Positions 34,290-45,401 of a stretch of 64,000 nt of DNA are shown here, piece after piece. The notes under the pieces are model-generated. The model searched no databases, had not been told where the DNA came from, and saw nothing but the letters and a program-made list of their open reading frames with translations. The DNA comes from Alphaproteobacteria bacterium (GTDB lineage Bacteria; Pseudomonadota; Alphaproteobacteria; GCA-2731375): the NCBI GenBank assembly GCA_965225945.1, contig CBDDBZ010000030.1, positions 128,001 to 192,000 of the forward strand, read 5' to 3'. The stretch's first letter is position 1, and the number at the start of each line of letters is the position of its first letter. A program made the translations under genes and the position numbers.

Positions 34290-34438
34290 CGCTTGACCCC
34301 GTGGGCCCACAGGTCCCTCCCGCGCGCGCCGCCGCGTCAGCCTGTCGAGGGCCCGCCGCGTGGCGCGCGGGGCCCTCCCGTGGACTACGGGGACAAGCTC
34401 GCAGCCGCCGGTGGCCCCATTTTACTCCGCCGTTGACA
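34290..34438 (+). mobile_element. IS21-family right-end remnant
   Basis: Similar to 15425-15593 (GTGGGCCCACAGG..CCTCCC, TGGACTAC) and ends in ...CGCCGTTGACA. Confidence 0.6.
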
Positions 34439-34600
34439 TGTCCAGCGCCGCGGCGGACACGGCGCGCCCTATCGCCGTGATCCACCGGCGGGATATTGAG
34501 TGTATGGCGACCGCCCAAATCGAGCAGGCGCAAGATTCGGTGCCGAGCTATTCCGCCAAATCGCGGAGCGATAGGACGCCCGGCGCCGCGGCGGTTCCGT

Positions 34601-35587
34601 TCAGGGCACGACCATGTAGTGGACGCTGAAAAGCGCATCCGAATCGACCCAGGTCTCGGTCGGGCGCCAACCCGCCCGCTCGGCAAGCGTTATGAATTCG
34701 TCGACGGTGTATTTGTACGAATTCTCGGTATGGATGGTCGCGCCCTCGTCGAATGTAAAACATCGGCCGGCCAGCCGAACGGCTTGATCCTTGAGGCTCA
34801 CGAGGTGCATCTCGATCCGGCCGCGCTCCGCGTTGTAAGGCGCATGATGGGCGAAGGCGTCGAGATCGAAATCCGCGCCGAGCTCGCGATTGATGCGCCT
34901 CAGAATGTTGAAGTTGAATGCCGCCGTGATGCCGCTGTCGTCATTGTAGGCGGCTCTCAGAACCCGCTCGTCTTTCTTGAGATCGACGCCGATAACCAAC
35001 GCGCCTCCGAGTCCGATGGTTGCTGCCGCATTGGTCAGAAACGCGCACGCCTCGGCGGGTGCGAAATTGCCGATTGTGGAGCCGGGGAAAAAACCGAGAC
35101 GCCGCGTGCCGCCGATGCGCCGGGGCAGCTCGAAGGTCTGGGTATAGTCGGCGCAAACCGGTATGACGGGAACATCCGGATAGTCTCTGGCCAGCGCCCG
35201 CGTCGCGGCAATCATGTGCTCGCGCGAAATGTCCACCGGAACGTAAGCGGCTGGCCGCTCCATGACGTCGAGCAAGTACCTGACCTTGACGCTGGAACCG
35301 CTGCCGAATTCGACGACGCTCCTCCCCGGACCGGCCGCGGCGGCGATGTTGCGGGCCTTCGCCTGCAACAGCGCGATCTCGGTGCGCGTCAGATAGTACT
35401 CGTCGAGATCACAGATCAGATCAAACAAAGCCGAGCCGCGCCGATCGTAGAAATATTTGCACGGCAGCGTTTTGGTCTCGCCGCCGAGGCCTTCGATCAC
35501 CGCAGCGCGAAAGACCTCCTGCGAATCATGCCGTTCGTCCCGAAGACCTTCGAGAGCGCCAGATTCGATTGCCGCAAGGTTGGTCAC
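34601..35587 (-). CDS. egtD: Histidine N-alpha-trimethylase
   Basis: KTLPCKYFYD, EYYLTRTE, FFPGSTIGNF, AYND, IHTENSYKY. Confidence 0.93.
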   Translation of the reverse strand: MTNLAAIESGALEGLRDERHDSQEVFRAAVIEGLGGETKTLPCKYFYDRRGSALFDLICDLDEYYLTRTEIALLQAKARNIAAAAGPGRSVVEFGSGSSVKVRYLLDVMERPAAYVPVDISREHMIAATRALARDYPDVPVIPVCADYTQTFELPRRIGGTRRLGFFPGSTIGNFAPAEACAFLTNAAATIGLGGALVIGVDLKKDERVLRAAYNDDSGITAAFNFNILRRINRELGADFDLDAFAHHAPYNAERGRIEMHLVSLKDQAVRLAGRCFTFDEGATIHTENSYKYTVDEFITLAERAGWRPTETWVDSDALFSVHYMVVP

Positions 35588-36894
35588 GCCGCGTCTTCCG
35601 CGAGCCTCAGTCCGCTGAACTGCCAGCGTTGATGGGGATAGAAGAAATTTCGGTAGCTCGCCCGCGTGTGATGATCGGGTGTGACACAAGACCCACCGCG
35701 CAGAACGACTTGGCCGCTCATGAACTTGCCGTTGTATTCGCCGACCGCACCCACGGCGGGCCGGTAGCCCGGATAGGGCGTGAAGGCGGAGCCGGTAAGC
35801 TCCCAGACATCGCCGAAAAGCTGTTGAAGCGGCCCCTCGGCCTCATCGGCGGGGGCGGGTCTCAAGCGGCCGCTTCCCATCCAGTTGCCACGCACCGGAC
35901 AGTCCGCGGCCGCGATCTCCCATTCTTGCTCGGTCGGCAGGCGCTTGCCTGCCCAACTCGCATAAGCGTCTGCCTCGTAATGGCTGACGTGGCAGACGGG
36001 GGCGGCCATCTCAACCGGTTGCATGCCCCGGAGCGTCATGGACCACCACTCGCCGTCCCGCCTTTCCCAGTAAAGCGGCGCCTGCCACTCTTCGCTCCGC
36101 ACGTTGGCCCAGCCATCCGAAAACCAGAATTCGGCGCGCCGGTAACCGTCATCGTCCATGAACGCGAGCCATTCGGCGTTGGTCACCGGTCGTGAGGCGA
36201 TGCGATAGGGCCTGATCAGCACCTCGTGGCGCGGTCCCTCATGGTCGAAGGCGAAGCCCGCGCAGTCATGACCGATCTCGTAGATGCCGCCTGACACGTC
36301 GTGCCAGGAGAACGGTGATGCGGTCCGCCTCTCGGTTGGCACACCTCGTTTGAAGGCGGGTCTTACGGGATTGCAGGAAAACAGGTGCAGGATATCGGTC
36401 AGGATCAGTTCTTGATGCTGCTCCTCGTGGTGAAGGCCCAGATTGAGGAGCGGTCCGAGCCGCGCCCACGTGCCCTCGTCCATGCTCCGCAGATATCCGA
36501 GAACTGCCGTATCGACGTGGGCTCTATAGGCCAGAATCTGGTCGATCGTCGGGCGCGTGAGCATGCCGCGCTGCGGCCTTGGATGACGCGCGCCGACCGC
36601 CTCGTAATAGGAATTGAAAAGGTAGCCATAATGCGGATCGAAGAGCGCGTAGGTAGGCTCGTTCGGCGCGAGGAGAAAGGTCTCGAAGAACCATGTGGTG
36701 TGCCCAAAATGCCATTTCATTGGACTGGCATCGGGCATCGACTGCACGACCTGATCCTCCGGCGAAACCTCACGGCCGAGCGATTCGGTGACCTGCCGAA
36801 CCTGCCGGTAGCGCTCGAGCGGTGTAGCGGTGCAGCTGTCGCGACGCGAATCCGCCATCATCGGTGTAGCGGTCGGCGCGAGGCGCGAAGCCAT
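35584..36894 (-). CDS. egtB: Ergothioneine sulfoxide synthase
   Basis: QSMPDASPMKWHFGHTTWFFE, HHEEQHQEL, GEYNGKFM, RASYRNFF; start uncertain. Confidence 0.92.
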   Translation of the reverse strand: MASRLAPTATPMMADSRRDSCTATPLERYRQVRQVTESLGREVSPEDQVVQSMPDASPMKWHFGHTTWFFETFLLAPNEPTYALFDPHYGYLFNSYYEAVGARHPRPQRGMLTRPTIDQILAYRAHVDTAVLGYLRSMDEGTWARLGPLLNLGLHHEEQHQELILTDILHLFSCNPVRPAFKRGVPTERRTASPFSWHDVSGGIYEIGHDCAGFAFDHEGPRHEVLIRPYRIASRPVTNAEWLAFMDDDGYRRAEFWFSDGWANVRSEEWQAPLYWERRDGEWWSMTLRGMQPVEMAAPVCHVSHYEADAYASWAGKRLPTEQEWEIAAADCPVRGNWMGSGRLRPAPADEAEGPLQQLFGDVWELTGSAFTPYPGYRPAVGAVGEYNGKFMSGQVVLRGGSCVTPDHHTRASYRNFFYPHQRWQFSGLRLAEDAA

Positions 36895-36979
36895 GTGTCC
36901 GCTCCGGGCAATTGTCATGGTGAGAAGAGTAACCATTTTGTGGCGGAAAATCAATCAGCGCACGTTATCGTTGCGGTTA

Positions 36980-38116
36980 TACCCCGACTCCCCGCAGACC
37001 CGAAAAAGTTCTGGCAATCCGGCTGCGGATCGATTCTTCTCGCGGTCATGATTCGCGGTGGATTTCTGAGCATCGAGGAACGCGCGGCCCTGGAGGCGGT
37101 GATGGGGCATCCGAGCGAGACCCACGGGGTGGCGCGCCGCGCGAACGCCGTTCTGCTCTTGGATGACGGCTTGAGCTGCGTCGAGGTGGCGAAGGGGCTC
37201 TACCTCGACGACGACACGGTGCGGACGTGGCTGAAGCGCTACCGTGCGGGCGGCCTGGATGAAATGACGCTGTTCGACTGGCATGGCCGGTCGGGCCATC
37301 TGAGCCGGGAGCAAGAGGCGGAGCTTTCGGCCCATCTGAGCCAACGGCTTTACCGCGATACCGGCGAGGTGGCGGCCCATATCAAGGCGACCTACGGAGT
37401 GATCTACAGCCATTCGGGCTGCATCAAGGTGATGCATCGCCTGGGCTTCGAATACAAGCGCCCGAAAAGCCTGCCGGCTCAGGCCGATGAGGCCGAGCAG
37501 GCCGCCTTTATCGAGGCCTATGAAAGTTGCTCAACGGCTTGGCCGCCGACGAGGTGGTCTACTTCGCCGATGCGGTGCACCCGGAATTCCAGTCCCGCCC
37601 AGTCCATGGCTGGGTCAAGAAGGGCGACAAAGTGGCGTTACGCCGGACCTCGGGGCGCCAGCGCATCAATCTCCACGGCGCGCTCAACCTGGAAAACTTC
37701 CACTGCCCCTTGGTCCAGGCCGAGAGGATCAACGCCGCCTCGACGATCGCGCTGTTCGAGATGCTGGAGGCCACCAATCCCGGCAAGTCGCGGATCTATG
37801 TCTTCGCCGACAATGCCCGCTATCACCACGCCCGCCTGGTCCGACAATGGCTGGAGAGACCGGGTTGCCGCATCAAGCTCATCTTCCAACCGTCCTACGC
37901 TCCCCACCTCAACGCCATCGAGCGATTATGGGGCGTCATGCATCGCGAGGTGACCCACAACAGCTTCTACGCCAGCTTCGCCCTCTTCACCGAAGCCATC
38001 GACGATTTCTTCCGCCGACGACTGCCACGAGAGTGGACGACGTGGCGCGACACCATCACCGACAATTTCCGAATCATCTCGCACAAGGATTTTCGGGTTC
38101 TGGGGTGAGGCGAGTA
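36980..38116 (+). mobile_element. Second, distinct IS630 element; transposase 37048-38108 with a frameshift near 37524
   Basis: TA dinucleotides flanking TAC...GTA ends; FADAVHP, DNARYH, APHLNAIERLW. Confidence 0.85.
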
Positions 38117-38129
38117 TATCTATCGTTCT

Positions 38130-39603
38130 ATGGAAATTCTTTCTGAATATCCCAAACAGGTGATTGTGTTAAAGGGGACACAGAAAGTATGTGGCTTAAG
38201 GGGGCGGAGAGCAGGGCTACAGAGGAGATTGATTGACGAGGGCCAAACTCAAGGGTTTGGAAAATATTGTAGGGATATCGAGGCCGCTGAGCGTGGTGAT
38301 ATGGTCCTCCAAAAAAAAGATTTTGGATCACGGACGAGTGGCTACGGAACATATGAAAAGAATGCTATCTGACGTTGCAGACATGCCGGGTGCGCTACGT
38401 GATTCCGCCGGTACCTTCACGGACACCTAGGTAAAGATTATTCGCAAAGGATCGTGCTTTACTGACGAAATTATCAAAACATTTGTTGAAAATATTTTGC
38501 TCAATTCTGTATGCATTAGTGATAGAGTGCCTGGAACGCAGGAGGTTGGGTTATGGACGGCAAGGGTTTCCAGTGTGGCTTTCGGCGGCGCGCGGGCTGA
38601 CGCGCGCGCAGCGGCGCGAGGCGCTCGCGGTGCTGTCGGGCCGGAGCGAGGGCGAGGCATCGAAGGCCGCGATCGAGCTTGGTGTGGACGAGGCCCGGCA
38701 CGTCCGTGCGCGACCAATTTCGCGCGGTATGGCGCGGGGTCTGCGGCGCTACCAGTGCAAGGGCTGCGGCAGGACCTTCAACGCGCTGAGCGGTATTACG
38801 CTGGCTGTCGTTCGGGGCGTCGCTGGCGAAGGGGGAGACGGTGAAGGCCTCGGCGGCGCGCTGCGACGTGGCGGTGAGCACGGCGTTCCGCTTCACCGGT
38901 TTCTGGCGGCGGCGCGGAGCGATTCGGAGGTGCTCAAGGGGATCGTTACGTCTGGAGAGCCGGAAGGGCGCGCGCGGGCTGGGGCGCAAGGCACGGCGGC
39001 GGGGCGGCAAGGCGAAGAAGCGCGGCCTCTCGCGCGAGCAGGTACCGGTTCTCATGAGCGGAACGACGGTCAGCGCGGTGCTGCCCAGGGTCGATGCTCA
39101 CGGCTGCCCTCGACCCGGTGGTCGCGAAATAGCTACCCACCGTGCGCCGCCGCGCTCGGGGTTCAAACTGGGGGATCGATCTGCATGTGCAGACGTGAAC
39201 AGCCGCCACAGCCGGTACTTCCTGCGTCCCCGCCGCCATCGCCATATCTGAGACAACTAACCTGAGCTGGTTCCACCTCGTCGGCCTCGCCCCCGGCGCC
39301 AATGAAGCCTGCCTCGCCGCCGCCGTAACAATGACGCATAACGACATAGTTGATTATTCAAAGATCACCCACTGTAACCAATTTACCCAGTGAGGAAGAA
39401 TTACCCAATACCTTCATTTTCGATCTGCGCTTTGTGCACAAATACTGATATTAAACTGGATCTCTGTCGGTAGCCCACATAGAGTTAAACCGCAAAAAAT
39501 GCGAAACGACATGGTTGATATTAACTTCGCTACCTACGCATCTTTCTTTGACGGAATTCTGACCGAAGACAAAAAGCTTGAAAGCATTTATCGCGAAGCA
39601 TAA
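38130..39603 (+). pseudogene. Degraded low-GC hypothetical gene, interrupted by the IS1595 remnant
   Basis: AT-rich coding-like fragments either side of the IS1595 (MEILSEYPKQVIVLK...; ...MRNDMVDINFATYASFFDGILTEDKK). Joining them is inferred. Confidence 0.35.
38500..39353 (+). pseudogene. Heavily degraded IS1595-family element
   Basis: ATG 38553 with GGAGG RBS; LRRYQCKGCGRTFNAL zinc ribbon; RKARRRGGKAKKRGLSREQVPVL; many frameshifts. Confidence 0.7.
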
Positions 39604-40102
39604 AGTTTGCGTCATTTGCTTTTATACGTTGACAAAGTTTAGCGACGGCATAGGTACTAGGTCGGCTTGGTCAGTTGCGTAAATTGGCGAAACCCAATTT
39701 GCCCGATAAGGCTTATCCCCTTGGCTCCGGTGATGGAACATATGGTGTGCCGGGCTCGGGTCGGACAAGCGGAACAAGTAGTTGATATGGCGTCCTTTTC
39801 CGACATGGTAGATGCCCATGTGGGAGCATGCTAGGGAGCCGCCACCATCATCTAGGCCAGCACGACAGGCCATTTTTCGCACGGCACCGACTTCGAGCTG
39901 ACACTATTCCTAATGTGTAAGATGCTAATGAAGCCAAGAGAAAACGCCCCGTTGACCGAAGCCGACGGGGCGAAACCACCTACTGGTAGGCCACTATTCG
40001 CCTCAAGCGTTGTCTCAGACTGTGCGGCGAACGTCGTGCCTGAAGCCAGTCAAGGCGCTGTTCGGGTGTCATCAAATTACGGGGGCTACCGTTTCGGCGT
40101 TC

Positions 40103-40583
40103 ATTAGAACTACGTCTGCTCGGTTATAAGCTCCAGAAGTGAGATGCATCGAATATCCTCTTCCTGGCACACATAGGGCATTTTGGGATTCTCTGCTGTG
40201 CCACCCTTTTCCTCGGTAACAACGGTGAGAGGGGGGTTGTGCGTTTGGGAAAGCGCTATCACAAATGGATCGGAGCCAGAGCGTCCCTTGCTGGTATCAA
40301 CCAGGCGAGGCTATTTGCCGAGCAGAGTGGAGACGGCCTGCTGTACAGCGTCATCGATTTCGACGAAGAGGTCAGGATGTGCCTCACACCATTCAGCTAG
40401 GTCATCATCCTTCTTCTTAATATCGTTCAGAACCTCAATCGAGGCGCGCAGGCGAGCTTCGGCAGTTAGAGCTGAGAGGCGGTCCCAAACGGGCTTGAAT
40501 ATCTGTATTCCTGGGGGATAGGCCCGCACCCAGCCGTGAATGAGAGCGCTTGTATCGATCGAATAGTAGAAGTCCGCGCTCAT
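40103..40583 (-). pseudogene. DUF4411-like PIN-domain protein with in-frame TAG
   Basis: YSIDTSALI...; after the TAG at 40313-40311 the frame continues PRLVD...SDPFVIAL...VVTEE...KMPYVC. Confidence 0.75.
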
Positions 40584-41782
40584 CCCAGCCCCACGGTCTG
40601 CTCGATCTTGGGGAGATGACGGACGCGCAGGCCAAGGTAGGAGGAAACGTCATTGAGTGTGATGCGGTCCTGATAATAGTTGTTGAGCAATAGCCGGATG
40701 AAGGGTTTGCCGAAGTTGGTCACGGCGTCGCGCGGCGGATTCGGTCGATACTCCTGCTCTTGGAGTTTGACCTGCTCTTTGGCGCGACGGGCCTTTTCCT
40801 CGGTTGCGTATTGGTTCCGTTTCCGCCGGTAGAAGCTCGCTGACGTCCGGTCGAACGTCACTAGACGCCGGACAACGGCCTCTCGACTGACGCTATAGAC
40901 TTTCGCCAACTCTTCAATTTCGCGATCATCCCATTCCGCACGGCCCGAGCGCCATTGGAGAATATCCTCAGCTAAGAAACGTTCTCGCGGCATAAGAGTC
41001 GCCGCCGCAACATGATTGCAGGACACTTCCACTCGCTGATCCTCGGGTGGGCGTGAGGCGTCTACATCCAGATCGGAAACGCCACTTTGCCGCAGCATGA
41101 GATGGGAAAATTCATGTAGGAGACTAAAGGTGCGTCGGTTGAACGGTGTCCTCTTCCGGCTTATCGCTATTACCGGCAATATGTCTTCGCTGATAGCAAA
41201 ACCTGAAACTTCATCGGGGGAGATTCGGCCCATCTGGAAGACGAGGACTCCGAGGGCCTCCACATGCGTGCGCCAGGTATTGAAAGAGACGCGCGAATCC
41301 GGTCATTGCGCTTGGACTGGATACCTGATTTCCAGGTGATGACGGATCGTAGTTGCCAGGTCCTCCGGGTCTGCATCGAGTGACGTGGAAAGAGGGAAGG
41401 AAATAGGCGTCTCTTCAAGGTCGCTCATGAGATCAAGTGCAAGCGCGCGCCTTTGCTGTGCAAAGCGCATCTCACTGACTAGCTCCGGCGAATATTCGCG
41501 CAGACCATCGCCCGGGAGACGGCGAAAGTGCCGGAGGACCTGAAACTTCTTTGGTACCTCTTGGAGATAGAAAACGCTAAGAGGCCGCTTGTAGACAGTG
41601 GCCATCTTGCGAAGCTGCTTGATTGTCGGGCGCGCCTCTTCCTTGCCGCAACTTTCCCAAGCGGCGAGGCGTTCGGGTTTGACCTGAAGTTTTTTCGCGG
41701 CTTCCTCGACGCTGTAGGCGGCGCTTTCCCGTGCCCAGGTGAGAAGTTTGGGCCGTACTAGCGCACGAACACGTTCAGCCAC
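40580..41782 (-). pseudogene. XRE-HTH + ImmA/IrrE metallopeptidase with in-frame TGA
   Basis: N-terminal HTH (LTWARE...WE...PTIKQL); RTFSLLHEFSH HExxH motif. The two track ORFs share a frame and are separated by TGA at 41305-41303. Confidence 0.8.
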
Positions 41783-42496
41783 TGTTCCCCCCCTGGTCAG
41801 CGAAAAGGTGATCTCTCACCTTAGAGGAGTTGTACGGTTCGAACCAAGCGCGGATAGCTCCGTTTTTCACGAAGCACCAGCCTTCCTTATCATGCCCTGT
41901 CCATTATAGCTCGATCATTTTCATGGCCTGTCCCTCAGTTACATGTTTTGATCGTACTGTAAATCAACATCTGGTTGTATATCCTACAAGATAGCCGAAG
42001 CAGGCCCGCCGGTTCGGGGTCGAGATGACACTATTCCAAATAGTGTCAGATTTCTCTGCAGGCTTCGCACGCCAGATTTCACTATTAGGTTCAATGCCTT
42101 ATCGAGGTTGTCGAGAAATCTGACACTTCCCTGGAGTAATGTCAGACTTCAGATTTTGAGCCCGGAAGGGTTTGTCGGAAATTGGCGATCACCGCTATGA
42201 CCGCTCAGGGTCAATACTCTCCTGTTAGAGTTCCCTAATATTACGGGGATTCCCGGGGGTGGTCCAGACGCACCGGGACGGATAGACGACAGCGGCCGAT
42301 GATCGGGCGCGCTGGCGCCTCGGCTACATCCCCCGCCATGCTCCGCTTTGCCCTCGCGATCACACTTCGCGCCCTCGGCCGGGCTCGCCCGATATCACCC
42401 GCGGAGCCGCCTCGAGGGCGGATTTGGCCGAATCACATGGGCACAAACGACACCGAGGTGAAGCCGAGGGACTTTTGACCAGACAACGCCCGACAC

Positions 42497-44893
42497 TCAC
42501 CCCGCCTCGTCGTCGGCGACCGTGCCGAGGGCGGCGAGAATGCGCTCCGGGGTCGCCGGTTGCGCGTTCACTCGCGCGCCCAGCGGCCTCAGCGCATCGT
42601 TGATGGCGTTCATCACCGCGGCCGGGGCGCCGGCGGTACCGGCCTCGCCGGCACCCTTGGCGCCGAGCTCGGAATCCTCGGTCGGGGTTTCGATGTGGGC
42701 GACCTCGATGTCCGGCATCTCGGCGGCCATCGGCACCAGGTAGTCCATCATGCTGCCGTTGAGCAATTGCCCCTCGGAATTGTAAAGGCAGTGCTCGAAG
42801 AGGGCCGCGCCGATGCCCTGGACGATGCCGCCACGGACCTGCTCGTCGACGAGCTGCGGATTGATCACGGTGCCGCAGTCCTCCACCGCCCAGTGCTTGC
42901 GCAGGGTGACGAAGCCGGTCTCGACGTCGACCTCGAGCGAGCACGCTTGCACGCCGTTGGTGAAAGCGAAGGGGTACTGCTGGGGCACGTAGTGCCGGGT
43001 CACCACCAGCTCGCTCTGGAAGTCCTTGGGCAGGGTGTCGGGCCGGAAGTAGGCGATGCGCCCGATCTCGTCGAGCCCGAGCCGGTCGCGGCCGTCGCTC
43101 ATGTCGACCACCCGGTCCTCGCGGATGTCGAGGCTCGCCGGCTCGCACTGCAGGACGATGCCCGCCACCTCGAGGATGCGGGCCCGCAACGCCTTGCCCG
43201 CCTGCACCGCCGCCTCGCCGCCGACGCCTGCGGCGCGCGACGCCCAGGTGCCGCCGCCATAGGGCGTGACGTCGGTGTCGCCGGTGATGACCCGCACCTT
43301 GTCGAGGCTCACGCCGAGCGCCGTCGCCGTGACCTGGGCCATCACCGCCTCGGCGCCCTGGCCTTGCTCGGTGACGCCCGAGGCGCAGATGACGTTGCCC
43401 TTGGCGTCGAGGCGGAGCGTGCAGCCCTCCTGGGCGGAGATGCGCGCGCCGCCGACACCGTAAAACATGGCGCTCGGATTGGTCAGCTCGAGGAAGGTGG
43501 CGATGCCGATGCCCAGGTAGACGCCGTCGGCCCGCCCGCGCTCCTGCTCGGCGCGCAAAGCGTCGTAGTCCATGAGTTCGAGCAAGCGCTCCAGGGTGCG
43601 CTGGTGCGACAGGCGCTCGAAGCTGAGGCCGCTCGGCGCCTTGCACGGATAGGCGTCGTCGGCGATCAGGTTCGCCCGGCGGACCTCGACGGGGTCCATG
43701 GAGACGGCCGCCGCGGCGGCATCGACCAGGCCTTCGGTCACGGCGGTGGCGATGGGGTGGCCAACCGCCCGGTACTGGCACATGGGAACCTTGTTTTGGA
43801 ACACCACGCGAGTCCTCGCCCGGTAGCTGTCGATGGCGTATTGGGCGCCGGTCAGGTTGACGATCTGGTTGGCCTCGATGGCGCTCGTGCGGGGGTAGAC
43901 CGAATAGGGACCGATGCCGGTGAGATCGTCGATCTCGAGGGCGAGGATGCGGCCGTCGTCGGCGATCGCCATGCGCCCGCGGACCCGGTGGTCGCGGGCA
44001 TGGATGTCGGTGAGGAAGGATTCCAAGCGGTCGGCGATGAACTTGACCGGCCGGCGCAGCATGACGCTCAAGGCGGCCGTCGCCATCTCGTCGGCGTAGG
44101 TATGGACCTTGATGCCGAAGGAGCCGCCGACGTTGCGGCAGATGACGCGGACGTCGTGCTCCTCCAGGCCCAGATGCGTCGCGAAGATGTTCTGCATCAT
44201 GTGCGGGGCCTGGGTGGAGTGGTAGACGGTGAGGCGCGCCTCGGCCGCCTCAAAGCTGGCGAGAATGGCGCGCGTCTCCAGCGTGACGCCGGTGTGGCGG
44301 CCGAAGGAAAAGACCTCCTCGACCACCGTGCCGGCGGCGAAGGCCGCGTCCACGTCGCCCGCCTCGAAGCTGCGCTGCCAGGCTAGGTTGTCGCCGAGGT
44401 CTTCGTGGATGACCGGCGTCCGGGCGTCGAGCGCCCGTTCCATGTCGACGACCGGCACCAGCTCCCGCCACCGGACGTCGACGGCTTCGACGCCGTCTTC
44501 GGCCTGCGCCCGGGTCTCGGCGACGACGGCGGCGACCGCCTCGCCCTGCCAGCAGGCCTTGGCGAGCGCGATGGCGTGCTGGGGCTCGGACTTGAGGCCC
44601 TGCAGATGGCTGAGGACGCCGACCCAGGGCGTGCAATAGGCCTCGAGCTCGGCGCCGGTGACGACGGCGACGACGCCCGGGCTCTGCTTCGCGGCAGCGC
44701 TGTCGATCGCCTCGATCAGGGCATGGGCGTAGGGCGAGCGGACGAACGCGACATGCACCATGCGCGGCAGTCGGATGTCGTCGACGAAAGTTCCGTGCCC
44801 CTGTAGCAGGCGGCGCAGGTTGGGCCGGGGCACGCTGCGCCCGATATAGCTGTTCGGCCGGTCGAGGATGGCATGGAGCGTGGTTTCGCTCAT
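42497..44893 (-). CDS. Xanthine dehydrogenase/CoxL-like molybdopterin large subunit
   Basis: VRSPYAHA, GGSFGIK, QYRAVG, EQGQG, GAKGAGEAG. Confidence 0.9.
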   Translation of the reverse strand: MSETTLHAILDRPNSYIGRSVPRPNLRRLLQGHGTFVDDIRLPRMVHVAFVRSPYAHALIEAIDSAAAKQSPGVVAVVTGAELEAYCTPWVGVLSHLQGLKSEPQHAIALAKACWQGEAVAAVVAETRAQAEDGVEAVDVRWRELVPVVDMERALDARTPVIHEDLGDNLAWQRSFEAGDVDAAFAAGTVVEEVFSFGRHTGVTLETRAILASFEAAEARLTVYHSTQAPHMMQNIFATHLGLEEHDVRVICRNVGGSFGIKVHTYADEMATAALSVMLRRPVKFIADRLESFLTDIHARDHRVRGRMAIADDGRILALEIDDLTGIGPYSVYPRTSAIEANQIVNLTGAQYAIDSYRARTRVVFQNKVPMCQYRAVGHPIATAVTEGLVDAAAAAVSMDPVEVRRANLIADDAYPCKAPSGLSFERLSHQRTLERLLELMDYDALRAEQERGRADGVYLGIGIATFLELTNPSAMFYGVGGARISAQEGCTLRLDAKGNVICASGVTEQGQGAEAVMAQVTATALGVSLDKVRVITGDTDVTPYGGGTWASRAAGVGGEAAVQAGKALRARILEVAGIVLQCEPASLDIREDRVVDMSDGRDRLGLDEIGRIAYFRPDTLPKDFQSELVVTRHYVPQQYPFAFTNGVQACSLEVDVETGFVTLRKHWAVEDCGTVINPQLVDEQVRGGIVQGIGAALFEHCLYNSEGQLLNGSMMDYLVPMAAEMPDIEVAHIETPTEDSELGAKGAGEAGTAGAPAAVMNAINDALRPLGARVNAQPATPERILAALGTVADDEAG

Positions 44894-45378
44894 GACGCCG
44901 CCGTCCCCAGGGCGCTCTGGGCGACGCTCTCGACGGCGTCGACGATGGCGTGATAGCCGGTGCAGCGGCAGTAGTTGCCGGATAGGTACGCACGGATCTC
45001 GGCCCGGGTCGGCGCCGGGTTGGTCGCGAGCAGGGCCTGGGCGGTGAGCAGAAAGCCTGGCGTGCAGTAGCCGCACTGCAGGGCATTGCGGGCATGGAAG
45101 GCGGCCTGCAGCGCGGCCACCTCGCCGCTATCGGAGACGCCCTCGATGGTTTCCACCCGGGCGCCGTCGACCTGCGCCGCCAACACCAGGCAGCCGCGGA
45201 CAATGTCGCCGTCGAGGCGCACCGTGCAGGCGCCGCAGACGCCATGCTCGCAGCCGACGTGACTTCCCGTCAGTTCCAGTCCGTAGCGCAGGAAGTCGAC
45301 CAGGCTTTGGCGCGCCGGCACGCTGGCCCGGACCTCGGTGCCGTTGATCGTGGCCTGGATGTCGACCATCGGCTCCAT
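44890..45378 (-). CDS. CoxS-like 2Fe-2S subunit
   Basis: GCEHGVCGAC, QCGYCTPG, CRCTGY. Confidence 0.92.
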   Translation of the reverse strand: MEPMVDIQATINGTEVRASVPARQSLVDFLRYGLELTGSHVGCEHGVCGACTVRLDGDIVRGCLVLAAQVDGARVETIEGVSDSGEVAALQAAFHARNALQCGYCTPGFLLTAQALLATNPAPTRAEIRAYLSGNYCRCTGYHAIVDAVESVAQSALGTAAS

Positions 45379-45401
45379 ATGTTGGATTCTATCCACTAGC
45401 C

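Larger units (their letters stand above)
39893..42041. repeat. 22-bp direct repeat pair flanking the ImmA-PIN module
   Basis: TCGAGCTGACACTATTCCTAAT (39893-39914) versus TCGAGATGACACTATTCCAAAT (42020-42041), 20/22 identical. Confidence 0.7.

Noticed and set aside
35584-36894. EgtB homologue as the selenoneine synthase SenA
   Set aside because: Paired with egtD, with no adjacent senB glycosyltransferase or selD/senC
41303-41305. TGA in the ImmA gene as selenocysteine or an alternative genetic code
   Set aside because: Not a redox Cys position, the neighbouring gene has TAG stops too, and TGA is a normal stop elsewhere in the window
41960-41995. Possible NrdR-like boxes upstream of the ImmA gene
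   Set aside because: Match to the consensus is too weak
42497-44893. Aerobic CO dehydrogenase
   Set aside because: Lacks the AYxCSFR active-site motif
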